From the NCBI RefSeq assembly GCF_036245865.1, contig NZ_BTTW01000008.1, positions 1 through 32,395 on the forward strand: a DNA stretch of 32,395 bases, read 5' to 3'. Under the pieces are notes generated by a model that saw only the letters and a program-made list of their open reading frames with translations, ran no database searches and was not told the DNA's origin. Shown here one piece after another: positions 32,373 through 32,395 of the stretch; the stretch's first letter is position 1, and every line of letters begins with the position of its first letter. This DNA comes from Corallococcus caeni (GTDB taxonomy: Bacteria; Myxococcota; Myxococcia; Myxococcales; Myxococcaceae). The position numbers and the translations under genes are program-made.

Positions 32373-32395
32373 CGCGCCGTTGCGTCCGGGCGCGC

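Overview
High-GC (~68-70%) Myxococcales-type chromosomal segment, most likely Myxococcus or Corallococcus. Every convincing gene lies on the + strand. The long minus-strand ORFs in the track are GC-bias artefacts. The first 13 kb is the conserved translation and transcription core: tuf (3' end), rpmG, tRNA-Trp, secE, nusG, rplK, rplA, rplJ, rplL, rpoB, rpoC. Its leader, attenuator and terminator hairpins are recognisable. A strong intrinsic terminator and a near-consensus sigma70-like promoter follow rpoC. The next 19 kb is a co-oriented accessory stretch. It holds two tandem phasin-like coiled-coil proteins coupled to a lytic transglycosylase, a secreted Pro/Thr-rich protein and a small hypothetical protein. 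Next comes a TPR lipoprotein with a Cys-rich C-terminus. From remembered synteny it could be the social-motility lipoprotein Tgl, but the sequence alone does not establish this. Then come a small HTH-membrane protein, recO, a fructokinase-like PfkB kinase, and a translationally coupled pair of pol-beta-superfamily nucleotidyltransferases (PF10127 / RlaP-like). The first of these has an unassigned N-terminal domain of about 110 aa. After that are a Ser/Thr kinase with a C-terminal PEGA domain, glyQ and glyS, two coupled lipoproteins (the first a YVTN beta-propeller), a ribbon-helix-helix + FHA fusion protein with an extreme acidic linker, and a CpaA/TadV-type prepilin peptidase at the window edge. 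A perfect 9-bp palindrome precedes the peptidase and sequesters its Shine-Dalgarno. The two best candidates for an undescribed system are the PfkB + dual-nucleotidyltransferase module and the lipoprotein pair / RHH-FHA / prepilin-peptidase block. The latter may be the leading edge of a Tad-like (Kil-type) apparatus. No CRISPR array, IS element or rRNA was seen.
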